Shown: in pieces, positions 22,901-36,000 of the stretch
Position numbering within the stretch: position 1 is the stretch's first letter
Layout: each line of letters starts with the position of its first letter
Assembly (NCBI GenBank): GCA_002633005.1
Contig: NMRA01000344.1
Span: 427,316-491,315 of the forward strand
Reading direction: 5' to 3'
Origin: Phoronis australis
Taxonomy: Eukaryota; Animalia; Phoronida
DNA: 64,000 nucleotides
Made by a program: the position numbers and the translations under genes
Notes under the pieces: generated by a model
Database searches by the model: none
The model's input: only the letters and a program-made list of their open reading frames with translations
Told to the model about the DNA's origin: nothing

Positions 22901-25092
22901 ATAGGTTCCATGAAACATAGTAATTCAATTTGTAAATTTATCTACCCTTGGAAAATACTGAAGTAAATTGTTTCTTCTGCTAAAACTTATTCTTGTTCTG
23001 TCGTGTTTGCCAAACTCCAAGGACCTGTTTGGTAATAGATCTATTTGGGGAGGAAAATACGATAAACCTGGCCGTAAAACCAACAGTATGGGTTAGGTGG
23101 ATCTAAAATGATAGACAGTTATCATTTTGTGAAAGAAATTAAGATTACAGGAATACGTAGACTCCTGGATGCCAGATGTTTGCCACAGATTCTAGTGCTT
23201 GCCTAAGTCTCTTACTATGGACAGAATTGAAATCACTTGACTATCTGAACTTTGAAGTTTATAAGCATGATGTGATTCCTTTATGAATTAAAAAGTAATT
23301 AAACGAGAAAAAATATCATATCAGCCAATGGTTAACCCCCATGTCAAGACTGGTGGCGAAACTCTATTTTGGAACAATTGATGTGAAAAAGTTCTGTTAC
23401 ATTTCAGGTCGATTAGATGGGGACGAATTTGTCGTTGGATAGTTTTTGTTCAAACAGTTCAATTGCAGACTTGTGATATTAAGAATTTAAGGCACAACAA
23501 AAGTTTTGTTATCAGCGGAAATATTAAAAAGAGTACATTTTTCTCATGTGTGAAGCCTTCGTGCCAATTAAGTGGAATAACTATTTGAAGATAATATGGG
23601 ACAAAACATATATGCTGAAGTTTTGTGGTTCGTAAATACAGTGAACTTAGGTCTGGGGTAAAATGGCAGACAGATCGCGCTGCACCTGGCCCTTCTGATT
23701 GGTGGACAATACCCATTATGCGAACTTTACTCTTGATTTGAAGCTTCGCTAGTTTTAGTTTGGCATTCTCGTAGAACTACCAGTGGCACTTATTTTCTTG
23801 TGAAACTGGAAACGTGATGTCGTTCAAAACTGAAACGCTATAAAAACTGGGTCAGAATTAGGAGGAATATCTCTCTGGCTACAAATACAGTTACGGTTCA
23901 ATTTGGCAACCGACTTAGAAACCACCCAGTGCAAACGTAATCGTATGTGTCTGCAAATCTATTTAAAAAACAAGGCCTCACTGGTAAACCTCCAAATTTA
24001 ACTATATTGCGAAAAGAAATATGCCTGTGTTGTTTAATGCTTCGAGAAATACAATTGGACGACTTCAGAAATAAATGGTCAAAATCGAAAAAATTAATAA
24101 CACAAAGCGCTATTCTTAGCACCGTTGTCTCTCTCGTCCACCCTCTCTTTCTCTCTGCCCACCCTCTCCCCTATATCTCTGTCCCTTTTTCAGAAAGTGT
24201 ATAGTGCAAACTATTCTAAATATTCTTTTAACTTACAAAACCCAGCTCGGACTTACACTATCCTTCACTTACATCTTCTACAGACTGACTGTAAATTAAA
24301 GCAAAGGAATCCCACACCTTGTACATGTACAGGCTCATCTCAACTGGAGAATAAATTGTAAAAAGAGAAACATGTCAATTTAAAGAACTTACGAATTTAA
24401 TTAAATTACTATTTTCGGATTCACGAGTTCATTGTTGTAGTAACAAAGCGATGTATATATTTTATGTACAGATGTCGTGTTACTGATTTTCGAATGCTAC
24501 CGAAAATAAAAAATAGTGTCAGCTATATTTCTACGGAACGGCGCATTCCCTGAAACACAATTTCCTGTAAGCATTGCCTTATCAAACTGTTACTTGACCT
24601 TGTGATTTGATTGCGCTCGTACATGTTTTATCGACTACTCAAGGGCGTTGTCATCATAACGTCAAATGCCAACTGGATAACTCATGCCATGCGATAACAC
24701 TGAGTGGGAGTGAATATTTCACTATGCACAATAAAGTCCACTCTGTCTTTAAGCGCTCTACACGGACGTCTATATGTATATGTTTAAGCATAGACATTCA
24801 GCACGGATAATTGGCCTTAAAACGCGTTTCACATGATTTTAAGCTCGGTAACCTTTGTTTATGTTGCTCTCTGAAGACCTTTCAGTTTGTCCCTCATTTC
24901 AATTCACACCTACCCCCCTTCCAAAAGGTGTCATCCATGTGATGCACACTAAGGCAAATACGGGATAAGTGGGTCTGGGGATTATCGTCTTTGAAGGGCA
25001 CTGAATAGACGGATATTATCACGATGGGAGGGCACCGTCTGAGATGACTGGCAATCAGTTGGGTTGGAGAATAAAGAAGCTAGGGTCGTATT

Positions 25093-25252
25093 TGTATAGT
25101 TTGTTGTTGTAGCGTTGAGCGTGTACACAAGCAATAACTATCAGACTGGCTTGACTGACATGCCTTTATTTCTACATGGCTGAACCGGAAGCGCCGGTAA
25201 AAACTATCTAACGATTAACACAGGGATAAGTTAGTAAACATATAATCACACT
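25093..25252 (-). repeat. 3' LTR
   Basis: Matches 29508..29667; adjacent polypurine tract AGAAGAAGGGAGA on the minus strand (25253..25265); AATAAA on the minus strand. Confidence 0.93.
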
Positions 25253-25340
25253 TCTCCCTTCTTCTAAAGTTTTGAAGAAACTACTTAAACTAAGCGCTAA
25301 AGGTATAAGTCCATCTTAAAACTTAGAACGTTCAAAAGAG

Positions 25341-28054
25341 TCACTCTTCAATGAGGCGCTCAGGTCGATTCCGAGGACGGCTAGATCTTCTAAGCTGCGT
25401 CGATTGGGTTTGTTCTAAATCTGGTGTCCGCAGTGTTTCCTGGTTGTTCACTGGTGCCTCCTGTTGTGAGGATGCTGAAGGTGGTTTGTACAGGTCACGT
25501 CGGTTACGACAAACTTCTGCTCCTTCATCTGTCTGAACCAGGTAAGACCGTGTTGACACTTCTTCGCGTACTGTGGCCTTGTCGTCCCACTTCTTCGACA
25601 CGTGGTCGTACACGTTTACTATGTCACCAACGTGTAGAGGGGGTAGTGCTCTCGTGTTCGGATCGTAGTGGTCTTTGCGTTTGTCGTTTTGAGACAACTT
25701 GAACTCAACCACATTTTTAGAGTTTTCTACCTTTAGTAATGCTGGATGGACAGGAACACTGGTTCTGATTTTTCTTCCCATCAGCAACTGGCCAGGAGAT
25801 AAGCCACATGATATCGGTGTGGCTCGATATGCTTGCAAAGCCTTATACATGTCCACGTTCTTCTCGAGCAAATGTTTGACTTGTTTCACGGAGCTTTCCG
25901 CTAAACCGTTTGAGGCAGGGTAGTATGGACTAGACGTGATGTGTTGAAAGTCCCACTCTTTGCTGAAGTTCTTGAACTCCGACGAACTATATTGCGGGCC
26001 GTTATCCGAAATAACCACGCCAGGCGTTCCATGGCGAGCAAACATGGACTTCATCGCTGCTATCACTGCACCACTAGTTGTACACTGCAGGTACGATATT
26101 TCCGGGTACAGAGAATAGTAATCGGTTACTATGACGTACTGTCTCTGTTTGATCTGGAACAGGTCAGATCCAACCCTTTGCCAGGGTCTTGTAGGTACTT
26201 CATGGGGTTGTAGAGGTTCCGCTGCTTGTCGAGGAAGGTAGGTTTGTCAAGTAGAACAATTCTGAACCATCTGAGCTATGTCCGCGTTCATTCCGGGCCA
26301 ATACAACAATTCCCTTCCTGTACGTCTACACTATTCGATTCCCATGTGTCCTTCATGGAACCTCCATAGCTTAAGTTTTCTCAGTGACTTAGGTATGACG
26401 AGGTTATATCCCTTAAGCACTAGTCCATTTGCAACAGACAGTTCTTCTCGAACATTCCAATAGTTGCCGGCGCCTGTAGGGCATTCACTTTTACTTTGCG
26501 GCCATCTGTCTAAGATGACAGCCATAAGGTTTGTCAGTTCTGTGTCTTTGGAGGTCTCCTCCTTGATTTCGTCTATTCTCGCGTCCGAGATCGGCATGGT
26601 GCGGAAAACCATATCAATGTAGCAGTTAATGTCGTCTACCGAGGTTGTCTGGTTTACTGTCTTTTCTGGTGCTCTCGAAAGTGTATCAGAGGCTGCAAGA
26701 TGTTTTCCAGGTGTGTACTCAACCTTCAGGTCATATCTCTGCAACCGTAGCAACATCTGTTACATTCTTAGTGTACAGTCGATGAGTGCTTTCTGAAATA
26801 TATTCACTAAAGGCTTGTGGTCTGTTTCTGCAACCACTGTTGCACCATATATAAACTGGTGGAAGCGTTCGCAGGTAAATGCAATTCCTAGAAGCTCTTT
26901 TTCAATTATTGCGTATCTTTCTTCCGCTGATGTCATCGATCTCGATACATAGGACACTGGTTTCCACTGCCGGTCATGTAACTGTAAAAGTACAGCCCCA
27001 ATCCATTCTTGCTAGCATCCGACGACAACTTGATTGGTTTTGACGGGTCGTAATACTGTAGGACTGGTTCTGACTGTAGTACAGCCTTGAGTAAGTTCCA
27101 TGCATTCTCTTGTTCTGGGCCCCATTGCCATTCATTTCTGTTGTTAAGCAATTCCGTCAAAGGTGTTGTCATCTTTGAGAACTCTGGTACCCACTTGGCG
27201 AGATACGTGGTCATGCCTGGAAACCGTTGGATTGCAGCTTTGTCTTTCGGTCTCTCCATTTCCTGGATTGCAGATACTTTCCGTGGGTCTGGTTTAACAC
27301 CGTTACTAGTAAGCCGATCACCGAGGAAGGTTAACTCAGTCATCCCAAATTGGCACTTGCTTTGGTTGAGCTTCAGGTTATTCTTACGAGCTGCTTCAAG
27401 TGCTAACATGAGTGCTTTGTCGTGCTCTTCTTTGTTGCGTCCCCACACAATGATGTCATCCATTGAAGTATCGACTTTTTGAATGCCTTCAAATATCTGA
27501 CGTATCGTTTTGCTGTAGACTTCTGGTGCACTAGAGATGCCAAAGGGTAAGCGTAGATAATGCCATCTACCGAATGGTGTGTTGAAGGTCGTCAGTAAAC
27601 TGCTAGAATCGTCTAACTGGAGCTGCCAAAAGCCTTCAGAAGCGTCCATCTTGCTGAAGATTTTAGCATTAGAGAATCTGGCTGTGATCTCTTCCTGAGT
27701 AGGTAACTTGAAATGTAGTCTCTTAATGGCTCTGTTAAGATCTCTTGGATCTTGGCAAACTCTGATTCTGTCGCTGTTAGGTTTCTGAACTACGACTACA
27801 CTGTTAACCCATTCCGTGGGCTCGTCGACCTTCACGATCACTCCCATGGTTTCCATCAGCTGTAGCTCTTCCTTTAATTTGTCGTGCACCTCGAATGGAA
27901 TTTTCCGACATGGATGTATGACTGGTTTGACAGTCGGATCCACAGTTATGCTGTGTGAGCCTGGTAAACATCCAAAACCGTCAAATACATCACCGTAGTT
28001 CTTCATCAGTTCTTCGAATTCATCGTCTTTGATCTCAAAAATGAGCCTAACCAA
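25341..28054 (-). pseudogene. pol: Gypsy pol (RT-RNaseH-integrase), disrupted
   Basis: Consecutive ORFs 26933..28054, 26760..26957, 26331..26756 and 25341..26066, broken by frameshifts and stops. Confidence 0.9.
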
Positions 28055-28069
28055 GTCCAGCTGCTCACA

Positions 28070-29296
28070 TCACGATTTTCCGAGAAGTGACGTTACTCTT
28101 CTGGGTACGATGAAGAATGTTGTCCATATCTTCTTAGTCCCATGGCTCACTTCTACTTGGCGTATCCCTTTGACTGGGATTTTGACGTTGGTGTACGCTT
28201 TTAGCCCTTGTTTAGTTTGGCTCAACTTAGGTTTTGGATTAAGTTGGTTGTAGTCAGCTTCAGAAAGTATGTTAGCTTGCGCACCTGTGTCAAGTTTTGA
28301 AGGTATGTTCTCTCCCTGGACATTAAGGTTAACAATCCAATCGTCGTTTCCATTGTTGTGAGAGTTGTTGTTGTCAATGGTAATGTCTCCTACGAAGAAA
28401 TGTTCCTCAGTAGTTTCTGTCGTGTCAATGTGCTTAGTCTGGCAGTACTTAGCGAAGTGGTTCTTGCCTTGACACCTTGCACATATCTTCCCATAAACAG
28501 GGCATTGCATAGATGCATGATGTGTTCCACAGCGACGGCAATGGTGTGTTTGTTGCTGCTGCCTTCTGTACTGTGGTTGCTGTTTCACGTGCTATTGTTG
28601 CTGTCTCGCGTGCTGTTGTTGCGGTCTCTGTTGTCGTTGCCATTTTTGTTTTTCCACGTAGTGGGGCTTGGGTTTCTGTTGTCATGAGTTCACTGCATGA
28701 ACAGTGGCTTCCTGGCCTGTGTGTTGCACTCCCATCTGGGTTTTGGCAATTTCAGCAGCTTTACAGTGTTGAATAGCTTTCAGCAAGGTCAGGTCTGGTT
28801 CTCTCAGCAGGTTTTCGCTAAGTTTGTCATTCGAGATACCCACCACGATACGGTCACGTATGAGGGTGTCTTGTAAGTCTCCAAATTCGCATGTTTTAGC
28901 CAATATACGTAGTCTGGTCACATACTGATCAATGGACTCATCTGTTTGTTGAGTACACTCGTTGAAGTTAAATCTTTCAACACTGACATTGGATTTTGGT
29001 GTACAGTACTCTTTAAATTTACTGAGTATTGTGTCATAGTCTAACTCAGTGCCAGACTCAAAGTTAAATGTGTTATAAACGTCAAGTGCATCTTCCCCAA
29101 TAACGTGTAGCAACACTGATGACTTTTCACATGCGTCCCTTTTGTCTCCGCCTGAAGCAGTCGTGTACAGTTTGAATCGTTGTTCAAGTTCAAATTTTTT
29201 CCAATTGTCTGCTATGTTACCAGTTAAACACAAGGCAGGAGGTGGCGTTAGGGTCATATTGGCTGGCTGTGTTGTAGTCGATGATTTAGCTGCCAT
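28070..29296 (-). pseudogene. gag: Gypsy gag-protease, disrupted
   Basis: ORF 28682..29296 (LIRDRIVVGI) and ORF 28070..28588 (CRRCGTHH..C, CARCQGKNHFAKYC, LDTGA). Confidence 0.88.
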
Positions 29297-29494
29297 ACTA
29301 TAGTCTATTTATAGCAGTAAACATGCTGCGTTCTGATTCCAGACAGTTAGTTAAGAAACATAAACAACATGTGTGGATCTCACCCGATATGTCTTGTTCC
29401 GCGAAGCACTGCAACGGGTTTCAGTCTGCTTCAATCACAAATATAAACACAACCGTCCTGTCCCGTTTCCAAACAGTCACTAAAGTGTTTCTTT

Positions 29495-29507
29495 ACTCCT
29501 GACACCA
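29495..29507 (-). promoter_or_regulatory. Primer-binding site complementary to the 3' end of tRNA-Leu
   Basis: Minus strand TGGTGTCAGGAGT directly after the 5' LTR; complementary to ...ACUCCUGACACCA, the tRNA-Leu(CAG) 3' end as recalled. Confidence 0.85.
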
Positions 29508-29667
29508 TGTATAGTTTGTTGTTGTAGCGTTGAGAGTGTACACAAGCAATAACTATCAGACTGGCTTGACTGACATGCCTTTATTTCTACATGGCTGAAC
29601 CGGAAGCGCCGGTAAAATCTATCTAACGATTAACACAGAGATAAGTTAGTAAACATATAATCACACA
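29508..29667 (-). repeat. 5' LTR
   Basis: TG...CA termini; followed by TSD GTATT at 29668. Confidence 0.93.
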
Positions 29668-30034
29668 GTATTAGGAACAAATTTCATTCTTTTTGAAAAT
29701 CAAATAAACATTGTAATGGACACGAAACTTATTTTGAACGCATATCGTCTGCAATAAAAGTTTTGGAATTATCAGTGTACTGCTGTACCACCTAGTAACA
29801 ATTTTAAATATTGATCGACCTCGTTTCAACAGTGCTCTACAATTAAATTAAGATTTCTGTTAAAATGCGTACATGGCGGGAATAAAAATTGTTGATGAGG
29901 TTATGATGAAAATATTGCTGGCTTGTCTATTCGTAAGACCTACCAGCTGCCGACCTCTGTGACTGAAAAATTAAATCTAATGTCTGGATTAACTCGTGGT
30001 TCCCATTCGTTTCAGGTCACTCATCACGTGTCAA

Positions 30035-30098
30035 ATGAATATTTGTAAAGTTGGAGGAAAGCAGTGCCCAACTGTTTTGGTTCTACTGTTTATTGTAT
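30035..30098 (+). CDS. Gene B putative first coding exon: signal peptide (MNICKVGGKQCPTVLVLLFIV)
   Basis: ATG, hydrophobic run, strong GTAAGT donor in phase 1 that joins in frame to the stalk exon (C-TLRANTM); no paralog exon in the window to confirm it. Confidence 0.65.
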
Positions 30099-33000
30099 GT
30101 AAGTACTAACAGAATACGTCCCCACTTAAATAACAATATTCCTCTCCCTTCACCACATACAAGAAGCCTAAAATATGTACCCACTCTTATGTGCAACGTC
30201 AAGACATCAAAATCATTTTGCGTGGATCAGCGTCTGTGTCTCCTGTACGGCGTGCACTAAATATAGATGTGTGAGTCATTTGTGGCTCTTGGCGCACAGG
30301 CATGGCAAACAAACGACTCAATTTTGGAGTGAAAAATGTATCGTGTCGTGTAACTGGAAACTTTATAACGCCAAACAAGTACAGCAACAATTTTATTTTG
30401 TTTGAAAAATGTTTTTAAAAATTCATTTTCTGATCTTCTCTTTGTGAATTTAAAGGAACAATCCTGGTTTCTTATTACGAAAAACAAGGCAGCTATTAAA
30501 ACATGAGCCCGCACAGTTGTGGGACCTGTGGTGTATTTCTGTGCCAAGGAATTAGACTACTATTTTTGCTCTAGTAAACATAGAACATAAAAAGGGAATG
30601 AAGTTACAAAAATGTTCAGCCTTTCACACTACGGGTAGACTCGAAGGTTAGCAAAACTTGAAACACTACATGTACATGTCCATTTTGGAAAATAGGTCGC
30701 AAGCTCGTCGCATAGATATCGTCATATCTATTGTTCACTTTGTTTCTCTTTCTTATAGAAAATACAATGGCAAGATTTTATCGTTAGCCCAAGGTACAAC
30801 AACGGTACGACCTTCGTTGTTATATCCAACAACGATGCAATAAAACAATGACAGCGTCCCATAAGCGATAACCATGCGACACCCTCACCCCCGTCGCATG
30901 CATCTCGCAAGTTAAAGAATTGCTTGAGAAATCCATACGACATCACTTGGCATTACTTTGCAGACTCATGATTAATGATGATCAGTCTAATATCTGTATG
31001 ATTACCATTCATGCACTTAAGCTTCATTCATTGGAAATCTGTTTTGATCATTTATCATTGCTCAGTGGTGATAAATCATATAAATGGCCGCTTTTATTAA
31101 TATAGCTAGTATTGTTGATTGGTAGTAACAGTCGATTACATAACTTTCAACTAAAATAATTATATGGATTCATAAAAAATATCACGATTTCTCTGAATTC
31201 TCATTGATTTTTATACACATTTATATCAGTTGATAAATAAGTATTACTATGATTTCATGTCACTGTTTCTCGCAGTTTCCATGAATTTTTATCAATTTAT
31301 ATGAGACGACAAAACGCAGTCAGACTGCTCATGAAAACAAAATGTTCATCACAATGGTTATCATGTTTTACATTAATATTGCAGTGGGAATGCATGTCTT
31401 TGACCCAAAATAGTTTGTAAATGCTAAAAGCAACCAAAACAAAGATGACATTGAACATATACCAATTTATCAGAGTAAACAATAAAATGATTTAAAAAGA
31501 ATTAAGAAATAAGAGATGTATTATAAATACCGATGCGAAAATTTTGGATTTTAACCTTTTGGAATAGACTTCCTAAATGCTGGGCACACTGAAATGTTTT
31601 AACAGAATAAAAATTCTATCAGGAATTCTTCTCAATTTCGAACCATGTTGTTTTGATATGAAGCATTTAAAAGGCTGATAAATCCCGGGAATGAATAAGC
31701 TACCCAACACTATCTAATGATCCACAAAGAAGACAACTAATCCGACAGATAAAAATGCTTTCCACCAGGTACTTTAAGAGCAAATACTATGGCGTCTAAC
31801 ACAACAACGAGTAACGTGACTAACGCAACACCAGTTAGTACTGGGACCTCTGGATCAACGAGTAATGAGACAACCGCACCACCAACGGCTAATGAGACGT
31901 TTACAACGCCAACAGGCTCTCTGGGGACTGCTACTCTATCAGATACAGCGAGTACACGAAGAAAAACACCAGCAACTACTTCACCAAATAAGCCATCACC
32001 AGCCAAACCTACCGAAGTTGCTCCTGTCATTGTAAACACAGGTTAGCGGCTATGTTAATCTTGTATTGAATTCACTGCACTGGATTGCTTTTTAGACCAT
32101 TTAGTTTGCGACTTGAATCGTGTACTATTCCACCTCGTTTAAATTTTCAATGTTTATTCTGATGGATTATATGCTCTGTTACCAGCATCCAATAGCTTTT
32201 ATACATGAGATGAGTAGGGGGCACTTAAAACGCAAGCTAACGTATATATGTTTCTGCTGAGGTATGCAGTTTGAGTGTGACCTATATTTCAAGTTCCAAC
32301 CAAAACGTATTTGGAATCTATAGTTGCACCACACTTGCAATAGCTCATGCTCGGCAAATTCTACTGCAGTTATTATTCCGACTGGATCCAGACAGTGACC
32401 CGTAAAATGTGCGAGGTCTACCACCAGAGGTTCCACAAAACTGATATATATGCCTCTGTACATTCATGCATGGGTCACTGAACAACCCTTACCCTGATAC
32501 CACCCATTTTTGGCTATTTTGACATAGACTCCAAATTTCTTTGAGAATGAATAGTTCGGTAACAGCCTTCGTTAACACAAGCTTCGTTGAAGTTTCACAA
32601 TGAATAGTCGAAGTTTCAGATAAAAGCATTTCACTGGCAATCTGACTCACTGGGATGTCCTACGCTCCGTCGCTTATCGTTTTATTTCGACTGGCCAATT
32701 TATATGAAGTGCCCGTTTCAACATTCAAATTTTGAGTTGATTGTCAACTTTCAATGACTGTTGTAAAACTGCACGGCTCTGATAATATAAGAAATTGCTG
32801 GGTTCGATCAATACGTTTAACATTTCTTTAAACACACTATGTTCCAAATGCGCAATATTTTGAGAAATTTTACATGAGCTCAATTAAGTAATAAATTTTC
32901 ATCGGTCATTTCATTTGTTCACTTCAAAGGAGAATGCCACCTAAAAAAACAAGCTATTTTGTATCAATTTAGATGGAGTAGTTCTACTCGATAAGGGCAC

Positions 33001-36000
33001 GTTCGGTTGCGTTACCTGACGGCAGACGGAGGTGTTGAAATTCTCCAATGACGTCATAGGTTTCATACGCTGTCCGTTCAGCAGTTCACAACACGGGTTA
33101 CTTGTGTCAGCGTATCGCTTGAATTCATCGTTTAACACCAATAAATCCTCAAACTTCGATGTAAAACCCTTAAAAATACACCGAGTACTCATAAAAACGT
33201 GTTGTTTATTTCGCTGTTACGGATTTATTGGTATTTGGACACACTCAGTAGCCTACAAAGGTCGGCAGGCCAATTTACCAAGGTCCGTGGCAGGAGTTTG
33301 GGGTCTGTTCCGAGATACATTCGAAGTATTCTTCCGTGAAATACAGACAGGGGAACCTACATCTGTGTTGTTTATACTTGTGATTTTTTAGTTCTAAACA
33401 AACAAAACGCTTGTTATCCCGATCAGACCCGTCGCGGCCGCCGGGACTGCCACGAACACAAAGCAGCTTAAGTTGGAGACTAAACCTCCAGTCACGAAGA
33501 CTATAATAGTGAGCCAAAGAAATAATGTGCACGTAATTACTTTTGTGAATTAGCACGAAACTGAAAATCTTCTTACTTGTCGAGGACCGCGAAGTCGGAT
33601 TCCACAGAAAGTCAGGGCAAAGGTTGTACAGCAACAATGGTTTGAATAATGTATTTGTATTTCTAAATAAAAATTCCCCTAACATGTGACCATAGCATAT
33701 AAAACCGAGTACTTGTTTCAAAACAGCTTTCTGTCCGCAAACACTGAATTAGCATGCGCTCACACTGCCTCGGCTCGGTCAGTTACCTTTGTTGCCGGCA
33801 CCTAAAGCCGGTAACGATGTGGTTTATTCATTGGTGGCTTCTCTACATTTGCAGTCAGCTTGACTTGGAAACTAAACCTCCTGTCACAAAAAGGCTATAA
33901 TAGTGAGCTAAAAAATAAGGTGCAAGTAATTATTTATGTGAATTAGCCACGAAACTGAAAATCTACTTACTTGTCGGGGGTTGCGAAGTCGGGTTCCCCT
34001 TCCACAGACCGTCAGGGCAAAGGTTGTACAGTAGCAATGATTTGAATAATGTATTTGTATTTATAAATGAAGATTCCCCTAATATGTGACCACAGCATGT
34101 AAAATCGAGTAATTGTTTCACAACAGCTTTCTGTCAGCAAACACTAAATTAGCATGCGCTCACACGGCCTCGGTGCTCGATCAATTACCTTTGTTGCCGG
34201 AATCAAAACCCAGTAACGCAGTGGTTTATTCATTGCTGGCTTCTCAACATTTGCATTCACGAATACTGCAAAGGCATTCAAAATTGTATCTAATGAGACA
34301 GACTTTGTTTCAGTTTCATATAAGCATTGATTAGGACGAGAATAATTCATTTTGAAACAGAACGCAGAATAATAAACCATGCGTGTACCCAGCCTTCAGT
34401 ATGGGGGGCTCGAATTCCTGACGTTGTGGACCTTTTGATAACAAAAAGGCGGGCGGACTAAAAAAAGAAAAACAATAAAAAACGAGGGCATCACTGTGAA
34501 TTGCGCGTTTGTGCCTGTTTAGTGGGATTTTTTCTCATTTTCACGGACTTTTTGTTTCTCAGAGGCGGATCTTTTTTATGGGTGGGGCACGTTCGAGCCC
34601 CCCGGGGTGCGCGCATGTAGGCCTAAACGTCTACACGAAAACTCGCCAGGCGCCAATCCCGACTTAGTGAAGAGCTCATCTGACGAAGACTTCACGGGTC
34701 GGATCGTTAGGTTCCACAGGCTATCAGTTCTAACCGGAATACACTTATAAAGAAATACTAGAGAGGCGCCGTGAACGTATGGATAGTTCTTTGATAAGCC
34801 GGAATTCGTCAGAGAAATCACTGTCGACGAAATGCCGGCCACAGACACGGAGATGTTTCACGGCCTCCTCCTTGCTATTAACAGCGTACCTTTCATTCTT
34901 CACTTCCGCCAGCCACTTCTCAAGCGTTTCGGGCTCTCGAGGAAGTCGAAAAAAGGATATACCTGCTTTCTTCGCAGTTTCATAGTTCAGACAAGCAGGA
35001 ACGATGCACCGCATTATAGCGGCATTCACTCTGTAGGCGAACCACTGACGTATCTGCGTCGTTTCTCACCTTCAGCACAGGTTAACGCGACACCTCTCGG
35101 CAAGGTGAGGTCGACTGTATAAGAGGCGATGTAGATATAGACCCATTAAGACGGTAAAAAAGACTAATTAAATCGGGTGGCATTCTCCTTTAAAGGCTTT
35201 CGGCGTTTTTGAACCTAAATTTATACACGGCAGGGGGGACAATTCGCATGAATTGAAAAACAATATTTGTAAGACTTTGTCTGTGAAAAGCGCGTCAACG
35301 CATTTAAATTAACGTTCGAACACTGGAGACACCAACCATCAAAATGAAAACCTGGAGCACGGTTTTAAGGAGGTTTTTGAGTTTTGCTACTTCAGTTGTT
35401 TGAGGGTATCGACACACCCGATTATTTACTTCAAAACTCGTAGTTTGTTCAGATACCAAATCGTTTAGGCTTCTTAGAATCCGTGTTTAAATAAAATGAG
35501 GATTTGCTGAAAATGGCTATCACGTGATTAACGATTTTCTTGCACTTTAAAAAGTCTGAATTCCGATGATTTTTTTTCAAAACTAAATAAAAGTACGTAG
35601 TTTTATGAATTGACAATGAACAACTAAAACTGACTTGTTGAAACATAAAAGAAATTTACGGCTAACTCAATTCAAATGGTCTTTGGGGATGACTCTTTTG
35701 TTTGGATTGCCAGGCACTTTCGGTCGGGTTTTCTAAAGGTAATGTAGTTCTTGATGACATGTAGTGCACAATGATTTATAGATACTTTCTTGCAATACGT
35801 CAAGTGTGACTATGGATCATTCCTTACTTAGTTTGCCGCAATTGTATATTTGATATTACCTTGTGGCGGTACAAATTTGTCAAATACTAGAAGGCATCAC
35901 GTGGGTCCATTTTAAAGATTGTTTGGCAGTCCAAGTACAGCAGTATATTTGGTGGTGTCTGTGATTAATTGGTACATTTGTAAATAGCATTCTGTACTAC

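Larger units (their letters stand above)
25093..29667 (-). mobile_element. Full-length Ty3/Gypsy (Mag-like) LTR retrotransposon, frameshifted
   Basis: Two 160-bp LTRs with 4 mismatches, TSD GTATT on both sides, PBS and PPT; domain order gag (2 CCHC)-PR (LDTGA)-RT (LPFG, SMDD)-RNaseH (DASK, ETDHKPL)-IN (SDNGPQY, SNGLAE). Confidence 0.96.

Noticed and set aside
31737-32039. Hydrophobic 100-aa minus-strand ORF
   Set aside because: Antisense shadow of the Thr-rich stalk exon (ACN codons read as Val/Gly-rich).
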